From a virus, in IMG/VR virus record IMGVR_UViG_3300028840_001916: a stretch of 51,041 nucleotides of DNA. One strand, written 5' to 3'. Made by a program: the position numbers and the translations under genes. Below, piece after piece: positions 32,936-40,780 of this stretch. The notes beneath the pieces were generated by a model. That model made no database searches. It was not told the DNA's origin and worked only from the letters and a program-made list of their open reading frames with translations. Position 1 is the first letter of the stretch; each line of letters starts with the position of its first letter.

Positions 32936-33696
32936 AGACCAAGACAACTAGCCAGGAAGTCGGCCTAATCTTAGGTGACTTACATATGCCCTTCCAGCAC
33001 AAAAGGGCAGTCCAGGCCGTCCACGGATTCGCCAAGGTCCTGAAGCCGAACTGGATAGGCGTACTTGGGGACCTCATCGACTTGGACCAGCTCTACTCCA
33101 AGGGGCCGTCGTTCTCCTGGCTGGCTGAACGCCTCGGCCGTCTACAACATGACCTGGACGAGGCGGCTGACTTCCTGGCAGAGTGGTTGTGGTTCGACAA
33201 GGTGCATGTCTTCGAGGGCAACCATGAACAACGGATCGCCAAGTACCTCCGTCGAGGCCACGGCGTCTTATCTGGCTTGCGTAACCTCAAACTTCAGCAT
33301 CTTCTTAAGGTTACTGAGGAGCCGTTTGTCTGGCATCCGTGGGATAAGCCCTGGCGTGTAGGCAAGACCAACCTCTACTTGACACATGGGAGCCAACTGA
33401 AGGGCGAATCGGGCCAGTCTGCTGGCAAGCACATCCGTAAATGGAACTCCTCCGTCTTGCATGGGCATTCGCACCGGCTCGGGACGTACATCTGGAGAGC
33501 CGGCCCGAACCGTGTCTTGCAAGGCTTTGAGAACGGCTGCTTGTGCTCGCTCGATCCCCTCTACCGGCAGGGGCCACCCGATTGGCACTTGGGCTTCTCC
33601 GTCGTGACAGTCGAAGGCAAGCACTTCCAGGTCGAGCAAGTCCACCTCTTACCTAACCATACGTACTGGTGGAGAGGTAAGTTACACCAATGGTAA
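32926..33696 (+). CDS. Metallophosphoesterase (256 aa)
   Basis: Motifs ILGDLHMPF, VLGDLIDLD, FEGNHEQR, LTHG, LHGHSHR. SD GGAGGG 8 nt before ATG 32926. The track start at 32776 was trimmed. Confidence 0.75.
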   Translation: MPLKTKTTSQEVGLILGDLHMPFQHKRAVQAVHGFAKVLKPNWIGVLGDLIDLDQLYSKGPSFSWLAERLGRLQHDLDEAADFLAEWLWFDKVHVFEGNHEQRIAKYLRRGHGVLSGLRNLKLQHLLKVTEEPFVWHPWDKPWRVGKTNLYLTHGSQLKGESGQSAGKHIRKWNSSVLHGHSHRLGTYIWRAGPNRVLQGFENGCLCSLDPLYRQGPPDWHLGFSVVTVEGKHFQVEQVHLLPNHTYWWRGKLHQW

Positions 33697-33720
33697 CAGA
33701 AGCAGAAGAAGGAGCTGACA

Positions 33721-34017
33721 ATGCCAAAACCCAAGACCATCCCACGCGGCAGGGGCCGCCCTCCAGAAGAGCGGTATGAGTACACCATCTTAGTCGGCTG
33801 GGTGGATGAGTACCAGATGCTTCAGTGTCGGTATTACCACGTCGAGGCTCGTAACCCAGGCGAGGCGGAACTCAGCGTCATGCGTCAATTCGAGGTCGAA
33901 GACGACTCTGACGTAGAGTTAGATGGTGACCTGGTTGATACTCTGCCTGTAGTGCTGGAGGTGTTCCCAGGCTACTTGGACGGCCTCCATGCCAATCCTA
34001 CCCCGCTCGAACCATAG
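33721..34017 (+). CDS. AT-hook small protein (98 aa; PRGRGRPP)
   Basis: SD GAAGGAG before ATG 33721. Confidence 0.7.
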   Translation: MPKPKTIPRGRGRPPEERYEYTILVGWVDEYQMLQCRYYHVEARNPGEAELSVMRQFEVEDDSDVELDGDLVDTLPVVLEVFPGYLDGLHANPTPLEP

Positions 34018-34036
34018 CCCAATAAGGAGACTGACA

Positions 34037-34282
34037 ATGGCTAAGGTGTACGTAGAACTAGACCTGGATACGGACGGCAAGGTCGATACGTTCGAGTTGG
34101 CTACAAATTTGTCCTGTCTCTTCAGCGACGCGGCAGGGAAGTACGGGCTGCCTCTTGTTCTTGATCTTACTGTCTGGTCATCTTTATTTGACCTTAACTA
34201 TGATATAACCATGCTTGCCGACGAGCTACGGGGAGAGCAAGCTTTGCTATCCCACCAAATAGAGGGGGATAAGCCATGTTAA
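34037..34282 (+). CDS. Hypothetical acidic protein (81 aa)
   Basis: SD AAGGAG 7 nt before ATG 34037. Confidence 0.65.
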   Translation: MAKVYVELDLDTDGKVDTFELATNLSCLFSDAAGKYGLPLVLDLTVWSSLFDLNYDITMLADELRGEQALLSHQIEGDKPC

Positions 34283-34596
34283 GACGATCCTTCTTAAAAG
34301 CCGTCGCCGCAGCGGTGTGCGTGCCATTGGCCAAGCCCCTTGCTGCTCTTGCCTCTCGTGGCCACACGGAAGTAGTGGTTGATACCATCGAGTACACGGG
34401 CTCCTCTCCCTACTGGGGCAACTCCTTCATGGGCACGCCCCGCCCACTAACGGAGGCCGACCTGAATAAGGCGTACTCTAACTTCCACATAGGCTACGTA
34501 ACAATGGAGGAACTTTCAGCCCCCAAAGAGATCATTCGGGGTACAGCAGATGAGGCCGCCAGCGCAGAACTAAACGTCTTCTACGGATTCGCCTAA
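34276..34596 (+). CDS. Small exported protein with a twin-arginine (Tat) signal (106 aa)
   Basis: MLRRSFLKAVAAAVCVPLAKPLAALA-S: RRSFLK matches the Tat consensus S/T-R-R-x-F-L-K and is followed by an h-region and an AxA site. Confidence 0.6.
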   Translation: MLRRSFLKAVAAAVCVPLAKPLAALASRGHTEVVVDTIEYTGSSPYWGNSFMGTPRPLTEADLNKAYSNFHIGYVTMEELSAPKEIIRGTADEAASAELNVFYGFA

Positions 34597-34597
34597 G

Positions 34598-35191
34598 ATG
34601 AAGAAGCCGAAGCTGCCATTCAAGAAGCTCTCCGTCGGAGTAGACAAGGAGGAGAAGCAGCCCTACCTCTTCCCTGGCAGGCTGACACTCCGGTTGGACT
34701 ACACTGAACTTCTAGCCGGCCTCCCTGCCGCCGCCGTGGACGCCGAAGCCTCCGCCGTCTCCATCCCAGTCGAGACAGTCCGTACAAGCCTCCGCCGATA
34801 TGGAGCTGACTACCTCTTACTTGGGTATGAGCACGTCTCACGATGGGAAAGGAAGGGCCGCATCGAAGAGTTGGTCCAGAACGTCGCCACCAAGGACAGC
34901 GTGCGGTTCTCGAACTCACTCTTGAAGTTGGTGGCTGGGTGTCGCTACCCCTACCTCGTCTTGGATATGCTGCCGTCTGGGATTTGGAGGCCGGAGGTTG
35001 ACATCCTACGCACCCTGGACGTTGGGTGGATTCTCGACCGCCTACTTGGGATGATGGCCTTCTCCAACTTGAGGCTGATGTGGGGCTCACGCCGCTCCCC
35101 CAAGCCAGCCGTCCGCCGACGCCTGGGCGAAATCATCCTTCGCGTGATGGCCCACCACGTCATCGCCGACCACCTGAAAGGAGACCTGTAA
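34598..35191 (+). CDS. ERCC4 (XPF/Mus81/Hef)-type nuclease-like protein (197 aa)
   Basis: YGADYLLLG...VSRWERKGRIEELVQNV...RYPYLVLD parallels the ERCC4 signature GDY...ERK..DL..S...(R)PvLLiE. Confidence 0.5.
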   Translation: MKKPKLPFKKLSVGVDKEEKQPYLFPGRLTLRLDYTELLAGLPAAAVDAEASAVSIPVETVRTSLRRYGADYLLLGYEHVSRWERKGRIEELVQNVATKDSVRFSNSLLKLVAGCRYPYLVLDMLPSGIWRPEVDILRTLDVGWILDRLLGMMAFSNLRLMWGSRRSPKPAVRRRLGEIILRVMAHHVIADHLKGDL

Positions 35192-35192
35192 G

Positions 35193-35633
35193 ATGAACGT
35201 CGGCTGCAACTTACCCCCGCAACCCCAGCGTACCCGGCTTGTCTCCGAGGTAGAGGGCCTGGAGTTGGAAGACTCGGGGGAACGCCGCCAGGCCAGCACA
35301 GGAGCCCAACGTGACCGTGCCAAGGGCAAGGGCCGTTACGACTTGAACTCGCCCGTAGCCGACGCCGCCTTGGCCCGGATCAACGAACTTGGGGCGGAGA
35401 AGTACAGTGACCGCAACTGGGAGAAGGGTATGCCCCTCTCCTGGTACTTAGACTCGTGCCGGAGGCATCTCGTGCGGTGGGTCATGGGCGAGACCGGCGA
35501 GGACCACCTGGCCCAAGCCTTCTGGAACTTACACTCGGCCTTGCATACGCGGGAGATGATCCGCTTAGGTTTACTCCCAAAAGAATTGGACGATTTACCC
35601 TACTACCTACAGAAGACCCAGAAGAAGGAGTAA
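35193..35633 (+). CDS. DUF5664 / dATP-dGTP diphosphohydrolase N-terminal-domain-like protein (146 aa)
   Basis: GKGRYDL...ALARINELGAEKYSDRNWEKG...DSCRRHLVRWVMGETGEDHLAQAFWNL matches the family pattern kyDL..al..v...Ga.KY..rNW.kG....ds..RHl......DEdhlAh..wN. Confidence 0.55.
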   Translation: MNVGCNLPPQPQRTRLVSEVEGLELEDSGERRQASTGAQRDRAKGKGRYDLNSPVADAALARINELGAEKYSDRNWEKGMPLSWYLDSCRRHLVRWVMGETGEDHLAQAFWNLHSALHTREMIRLGLLPKELDDLPYYLQKTQKKE

Positions 35634-35637
35634 TCCG

Positions 35638-36888
35638 ATGAAGAGAACTGCTGCCGGCCAATACACTCCACCTCCCGGCCGTGAGTGTGACCTAGTTCAC
35701 CTCACGAACAAGAGGGGGCGACTTCGACTCATCAAGGACATGCCCAAGCCAGAGCATGTACTTCGTGACCTGTACGGCGTCCTGCCGGAGAGCTATGCCA
35801 TCTTCTACCCAGGTGTGCATAGCTCCGCCGTCCGTGATAAGACTGTCTGCAAACGTATTACTCTCTTCCGAGAGCGTCTCGGCCTTCGCTTCAAGGGCGA
35901 GTACAAGTCGGCCCTCTGGACAGGCTCGGCCTTCCACTTGGCAATGGCCGGGCTAGGCCGTGGGGACCCCTGGCCCAAAGTCCAAACCGAATGCCAGGAG
36001 TGGTACTCCGACGAACTCCGCCTGGTCCAGGAGCAGGTGAATCGGATGGGCCTCCTGCCCTCCGGCAAATCTCTCAAGCAAGTCCAGGAGCAGATGGAGC
36101 TGGACTTCTGGAAGGCCCTGGCAATGGCTGCCGTCTTCGCCTCGACGTATCATAGGGACGCCGCCGAAGGCTTGGGCCAGAAACGCCTACTTGGGACCGA
36201 GATTGAGATTCAGGCCAAGTACGTCGGCAAGTCCGTCCCGCTCGTCGGCACGGTGGATTACGCCTTGTGGGACCCAGACGCCCAGACCATCGAGATCGGG
36301 GACTACAAGACCACCTCTGGCATTCCCTCCGAAGAGGCCACGGCCTTCGGCTTCGACTTGCAGCCGCACCTCTACCGCTTGCTGGCGATGTGTGCCTGGC
36401 CTGACTACCCCATCACTCACTTCATTCACAATGTCGTGGAGAAGCCCACCATCAAATACTGCGGCAAGGACCCTACTCCGGCCGACTACATCAAACGTGT
36501 AGAGCAGTGGTACGACGACACCACCACCAAACGCGAGAAGGAGAAGGCCCCTGTCCTCCGTAGCCGTGTAGCCTTCATCGGGAAACGCCCGCCACGAGAC
36601 ATCCTCGGCCACATCGAGGAGACAGCTAAGCTCCTCACTGGCAACATCGACTTGGCCAAGTACCCCCGCTGCTCGAATAAGTACGTCTGTATGGGCATCG
36701 GCGGCAAGGACCCTTGCCCTTACTTGGCCTTGTGCCAGTATGACCACCCGAGGAACTGGCGGGGCCTCCTCTCCGAGTCCGGCCCCTATCAGCAAGAACA
36801 CCGCGACTTCCCCTTGAAGGTCCTGGACCAGATGCCAACCACTACCACTAAGAAGGAGCTGCCCAATGAAACGACCAGCCAAACGTAA
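35638..36888 (+). CDS. PD-(D/E)xK exonuclease, RecB/Cas4-like with C-terminal Cys cluster (416 aa)
   Basis: GTVDYALWD...IEIGDYKTT (D...DxK), QPHLYRLL (QxxxY), C-terminal CSNKYVCMGIGGKDPCPYLALC. Confidence 0.65.
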   Translation: MKRTAAGQYTPPPGRECDLVHLTNKRGRLRLIKDMPKPEHVLRDLYGVLPESYAIFYPGVHSSAVRDKTVCKRITLFRERLGLRFKGEYKSALWTGSAFHLAMAGLGRGDPWPKVQTECQEWYSDELRLVQEQVNRMGLLPSGKSLKQVQEQMELDFWKALAMAAVFASTYHRDAAEGLGQKRLLGTEIEIQAKYVGKSVPLVGTVDYALWDPDAQTIEIGDYKTTSGIPSEEATAFGFDLQPHLYRLLAMCAWPDYPITHFIHNVVEKPTIKYCGKDPTPADYIKRVEQWYDDTTTKREKEKAPVLRSRVAFIGKRPPRDILGHIEETAKLLTGNIDLAKYPRCSNKYVCMGIGGKDPCPYLALCQYDHPRNWRGLLSESGPYQQEHRDFPLKVLDQMPTTTTKKELPNETTSQT

Positions 36889-37894
36889 GTCACCCCCGGC
36901 CCGCCAGACACTAGAGCTGGACTCCGGCGAAGCCTTGGACATCCCAGCCTTGCCGGCCAAGTACGCCAACTTGGCTACAGCAGGCGGCCGGGACTTCAAC
37001 CCAGTCCCGCACGACAACTTGAGGCTGTTCTTCGCCGGCCCAGTCGGCGAGGGCAAGACCACCTTCGCCTGCTCTGACCCTATGGCCGCCATCCTGGACT
37101 TCGAGAACAAGACCTCCGCCGTCGGCCGCTTCGCCCCCGGCACCCACGCCTTCTACTTACGGACTATCCCTGAGTATGAGGACTTCTTCCGTGACTTGAT
37201 CTCGGACGCACACCACGGCAGGCAGGTATTCAAGCGGATTTGGTTCGACGTAATCGACTCCTTCGCCGCTGCCGTCCGTGCCCACCTTACTGGGGAGAAG
37301 GGTTACTTCACCTTCAAGGACGACCGAGGCCGTATCTCCGTCGCGGACGCCGCCCGTCGAGGCATGGAAGGTGCCGGCTGGGATGACATCAACAAGTTCG
37401 TCACAGGATGGATTGGTGCCCTCTATGCAGCGGGATATTCTTGGGGCGTGCTCTGTCACATTCGGGAGAAGATACTCACACGGACGGATGGCACCTCCAC
37501 CGTCCATAGCGAGACGGACGTGACCCCCCGCATCCGTGACTACCTCCACAACAACTCCGAATATGGTGGAGTCATCGAGCGTGTAGATGACGTAGACATC
37601 CAGGTCATCGGCGGACGTAAGCGAGGAGTCAACGTCTCCAAGTATGCCCTCGTCCTCGATGCCAGTCAGGCCGTCACGCCTACCAGGCAGCACATCCCAC
37701 TCGTCGAGGAGGTAATCGAGCTGCCGCTGTTCGGCGGCTACGTGGCGTTCGCCCAAGCCTATGACGTGGCCGTTGAGGAGAGACGCCAGCTTCTACTGAA
37801 GAATGAGTCGGACGAGTCGGCATCTGAGGCTGCTGCCAAGCCACGCCTTCGCAAACGCCTCCGTGCCGCCACCCCCAAGCAGAAGAAGGAGTAA
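36866..37894 (+). CDS. Sak4/AAA_24-like RecA-fold ATPase (342 aa)
   Basis: Walker A FFAGPVGEGKTTFA followed by ILDFENK. Sits next to the exonuclease in a recombination module. SD AGAAGGAG 7 nt before ATG 36866. Confidence 0.55.
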   Translation: MKRPAKRKSPPARQTLELDSGEALDIPALPAKYANLATAGGRDFNPVPHDNLRLFFAGPVGEGKTTFACSDPMAAILDFENKTSAVGRFAPGTHAFYLRTIPEYEDFFRDLISDAHHGRQVFKRIWFDVIDSFAAAVRAHLTGEKGYFTFKDDRGRISVADAARRGMEGAGWDDINKFVTGWIGALYAAGYSWGVLCHIREKILTRTDGTSTVHSETDVTPRIRDYLHNNSEYGGVIERVDDVDIQVIGGRKRGVNVSKYALVLDASQAVTPTRQHIPLVEEVIELPLFGGYVAFAQAYDVAVEERRQLLLKNESDESASEAAAKPRLRKRLRAATPKQKKE

Positions 37895-37898
37895 GACC

Positions 37899-38138
37899 AT
37901 GCCAACCGACACCGAAATGTTAGACTGGCTCCAACGCCAACGATGCCCATACAGATGTGACACCGGCCCTGGCGTCGGAGTCATCTTCCGCTGGAGCGAG
38001 ACCGGCCGGGGCTGGCGTCTGCACGAAACGGCCCTCACCCAAGAGGCCATCGACGCCGGAGCCCGTAAGGACGTTCGAGAATCCATCCAGATTGCGATGG
38101 CTAAGTACCCAGACGAACCCACATTGCCACAAGTGTAA
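37899..38138 (+). CDS. Hypothetical protein (79 aa)
   Basis: SD GAAGGAG before ATG 37899. The track start at 37803 overlaps the previous gene and was trimmed. Confidence 0.6.
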   Translation: MPTDTEMLDWLQRQRCPYRCDTGPGVGVIFRWSETGRGWRLHETALTQEAIDAGARKDVRESIQIAMAKYPDEPTLPQV

Positions 38139-38144
38139 GTGGCA

Positions 38145-38156
38145 GGTTAGCTAACC
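38145..38156. promoter_or_regulatory. Perfect 12-bp palindrome GGTTAGCTAACC
   Basis: Lies in the 39-nt gap upstream of the 254-aa gene, 8 nt before its SD. Confidence 0.3.
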
Positions 38157-38177
38157 CTTACAGTAGGAGTACAGCAC

Positions 38178-38942
38178 ATGGCAAAGCAGAAGAAGACTGC
38201 TGCCCCCAAGGCCCCCCAGGCTACACAGCCGAAGTCCGCCGGCACAGGGAAGCCGGCCCGATCCAAGTCGTCTGCTGGGGACGGCTTCGACCGGCGACGA
38301 TTTGCACAGTTGGCCAAGCAACGCCAGGAAGCCTTCGCTAAGGCCCAGGCCCCCACTGGCGGCTGGTTCCCCCCGCCCGGTAGGTACATCGCTCGCCTCG
38401 TCGGTTGCCGTCGTGGCTTCTTCGAGAAAGGCAAGAATGCCGGCGAAGCCTACGCCAGCCTCCGCCTGGAGATCGCGGCCGTCCGCGAATGCTCCGACCC
38501 GGACCCCGACAAGCTCATCGGCAAGTCCTTCTCCTCGCCCCCGTGCAACACGTCCGAGAAGGGCCTTCCCTTCTTCAAGGGCCAGATCGAGGCCGTGGTC
38601 GGCCCCACCGATGATCTGCTCGTAGGTGCAGAGGAGATGGCCAACATCGCCGACGAGGGCACCCAGTACCTCGAAGTCGTGACGGCCCAGCAGGTCACGC
38701 CCCAAGGCACCTACCCTCGTGCCTACATCAATGGCCAGGCCGACCCGCCCGACGACGACGACCAGCCCCAGGCCCCAAGCGACGATGATGACGGGGATGA
38801 GGTCTCAGTCGGGGACAAGGTGGTCACGCCCGAAGAGGCCGAGGGCACCATCACGGCCATCTATGACGACGGCACGGTCGAGGTCGAACTCGACAACGGC
38901 GTGGTGGAGCAGTGGGACGCCGCCGACATGACTCTGGCGTAG
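38178..38942 (+). CDS. Protein with basic N-terminus and acidic D-rich C-terminal region (254 aa). SSB-like architecture, family not recognised.
   Basis: SD GTAGGAG before ATG 38178. ...PPDDDDQPQAPSDDDDGDE... Sits next to the Sak4-like ATPase. Confidence 0.6.
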   Translation: MAKQKKTAAPKAPQATQPKSAGTGKPARSKSSAGDGFDRRRFAQLAKQRQEAFAKAQAPTGGWFPPPGRYIARLVGCRRGFFEKGKNAGEAYASLRLEIAAVRECSDPDPDKLIGKSFSSPPCNTSEKGLPFFKGQIEAVVGPTDDLLVGAEEMANIADEGTQYLEVVTAQQVTPQGTYPRAYINGQADPPDDDDQPQAPSDDDDGDEVSVGDKVVTPEEAEGTITAIYDDGTVEVELDNGVVEQWDAADMTLA

Positions 38943-38964
38943 TAGCGGTTCCTTCTATGGGTAC

Positions 38965-38995
38965 GGTGGGGGGTGGGTACATCCTGCCCCCCACC
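38965..38995 (+). terminator. Strong GC hairpin (9-bp stem GGTGGGGGG/CCCCCCACC, 13-nt loop)
   Basis: Starts 23 nt after the stop at 38942. No U-tract, so it is a processing, attenuation or stability element rather than a classic terminator. Confidence 0.35.
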
Positions 38996-39021
38996 ACTTC
39001 CGCTTACGTAGGAGCTGCTAG

Positions 39022-40191
39022 ATGTCAGAACAACCCATAGTAACGAGCCCGCTGACTCGGCTCCGCAACTTGTACCGGAAGAAGCTCCGGCTTGGACAAG
39101 ACGACCTACCAGTCGTGGACTACATCGCCTCCACCATAGCTGCTGTCAGGCTAGGGGAAGCGACGGAGCTGGTCTGGTCCTGGCTCAAAGGCCCTCCCGG
39201 CGTAGGCAAGACAGAAATCTGCCGCCCGGCCATGCCCTTGGACTACACCCAAGCCATCGACACCCTGACCCAGAACTCACTCGTGTCTGGATTGGTGGAT
39301 GAGAGCGGACGGGACTTCTCCTTGATACCGGAGCTGGATGGGAAGCTCCTCATCATCAAGGACTTCACGGCTATACTGCGGAAGGACCCGAAGGTCCTCG
39401 ATGCCATCATGGGCCAACTCCGTGCTATCTTCGATGGGAGCTACACGGCGGCATTCGGCTCGAAGGGTCTCTGTCCGTACACGGCCCGATTCGGGATCAT
39501 AGCCTGTGTCACGCCTGAGATCGACTGGATTCCAAGCCCGAACCTCAACTTGGGTGAAAGGTTTATCTCCTTACGGATTGGACGACGGTTGCCGCCGAGG
39601 AACGTCCGCTGGAAAGAGGACGTGAAGATGCTGAACCGCTCGGGCAGCAAGGCCGTCTGGCGTCTCGAACTTGCACAGGAGATGGAACGCCTACTACTGC
39701 CGATACAGAAGCCGATCAAAGACTGGGCTCCTCCCATGCTCGACCCGAACTCCCCCGAGACGGAGAGGCTCCTATCCACTGCCGATCTTGTGACTCGCTT
39801 TAGGGCTCTCCCAGTCAAGAGCCGACTCAGCACACCAGAGACACCCAAACGCCTCCTGCATCAGTTGCACCAGATGGCTGGGGCCAGAGCCTTCCTCGAC
39901 GACCGCGAAGACTGGTCTAAGGAAGACTTCGACTTGGTGGTGAGAGTAGGCTACGACTCACTGCCAGCAGAAGCGTTAGCCTTCTTACGGGCGTTGTGGA
40001 AGGCCGGCACTATCTCATCCGATGACCTGGCACGCAGGACCAACATCACGTATGAGAGAGTGCGAGCCATCTGCAACCAGTATGTCGAGTCCGGCCTCAT
40101 CATTCGCCGGCAGAAAGGCACAAGTTGGAGCCTCAGCAAGGAGGCCATCTACCTCTTAGAAACGTCACGACTTATGGAGGCTGCCCCATGA
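39022..40191 (+). CDS. P-loop NTPase with C-terminal winged-helix-like domain (389 aa). Replication initiator or helicase-like candidate.
   Basis: Walker A LKGPPGVGKTE, Walker B-like KLLIIKDF, C-terminal ...NQYVESGLIIRRQKGTSWSL. SD GTAGGAG before ATG 39022. Confidence 0.5.
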   Translation: MSEQPIVTSPLTRLRNLYRKKLRLGQDDLPVVDYIASTIAAVRLGEATELVWSWLKGPPGVGKTEICRPAMPLDYTQAIDTLTQNSLVSGLVDESGRDFSLIPELDGKLLIIKDFTAILRKDPKVLDAIMGQLRAIFDGSYTAAFGSKGLCPYTARFGIIACVTPEIDWIPSPNLNLGERFISLRIGRRLPPRNVRWKEDVKMLNRSGSKAVWRLELAQEMERLLLPIQKPIKDWAPPMLDPNSPETERLLSTADLVTRFRALPVKSRLSTPETPKRLLHQLHQMAGARAFLDDREDWSKEDFDLVVRVGYDSLPAEALAFLRALWKAGTISSDDLARRTNITYERVRAICNQYVESGLIIRRQKGTSWSLSKEAIYLLETSRLMEAAP

Positions 40192-40505
40192 ACGGCTTGA
40201 GTAACCCGAGTCCTCGTACACATACGCGACTGGCTAATTCGGCTACTGTAGGCATACTTCAATGTAGCAGGTGCCGCTGGATAGATAGGGGGACTACGTT
40301 TGGGAACCCCTACTACATCGGGCCGAACGGCACACGAGAAGAGGTGATCCTCCAGTACAGGGAATGGTTCCAGCGACGTATGCAAGTTGACCGACAGTTC
40401 GAGAAGGACGTGAGAAAACTGGCTGGTAAGATTCTTGTCTGCTGGTGCTACCCCCAGCCCTGCCACGGAGATGTCATCATCGAGTGGCTAGAGGAGAACG
40501 TATGA
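40188..40505 (+). CDS. DUF4326-like protein (105 aa)
   Basis: IDRGTTFGNPYYIGPNGTREEVILQYREWF...LAGKILVCWCYPQPCHGDVI matches the DUF4326 pattern (wGNPf..g..tr.e.i..y..w...L.gk.L.CwC.p..CHgdvl). ATGA overlap with the upstream gene. Confidence 0.6.
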   Translation: MNGLSNPSPRTHTRLANSATVGILQCSRCRWIDRGTTFGNPYYIGPNGTREEVILQYREWFQRRMQVDRQFEKDVRKLAGKILVCWCYPQPCHGDVIIEWLEENV

Positions 40506-40780
40506 TGAAGCATCAGCACTCTAACTCTCAGTACAAGCGGTATCGTCGGCGGCTGGACCGGGCGACCGACCTCGTGGAGAGCCTCTTAGTAGCTATGGCG
40601 GACCTGGCCTCCTACAGGGGCGAGGGGAAGCCCTCCTACCGCTGCTACCTGGAGATGTCCCTGAAGGCCCGGCGGTATCTCGCCGCCGGCCTCCGTGACC
40701 GCGACGAACTCTTACGCTTCGTTGGAGACTTCACCCATGATGAAGATGACTCTACTACTTCTACTGCTGATAGGGAGTAG
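40502..40780 (+). CDS. Hypothetical protein (92 aa)
   Basis: ATGA overlap with the upstream gene. Confidence 0.6.
   Translation: MMKHQHSNSQYKRYRRRLDRATDLVESLLVAMADLASYRGEGKPSYRCYLEMSLKARRYLAAGLRDRDELLRFVGDFTHDEDDSTTSTADRE

Noticed and set aside
35193-35633. DUF5664-like protein as evidence for a 2-aminoadenine (Z) genome.
   Set aside because: I could not recognise a PurZ/adenylosuccinate-synthetase-like or DatZ-like ORF anywhere in the window. A single domain is insufficient.
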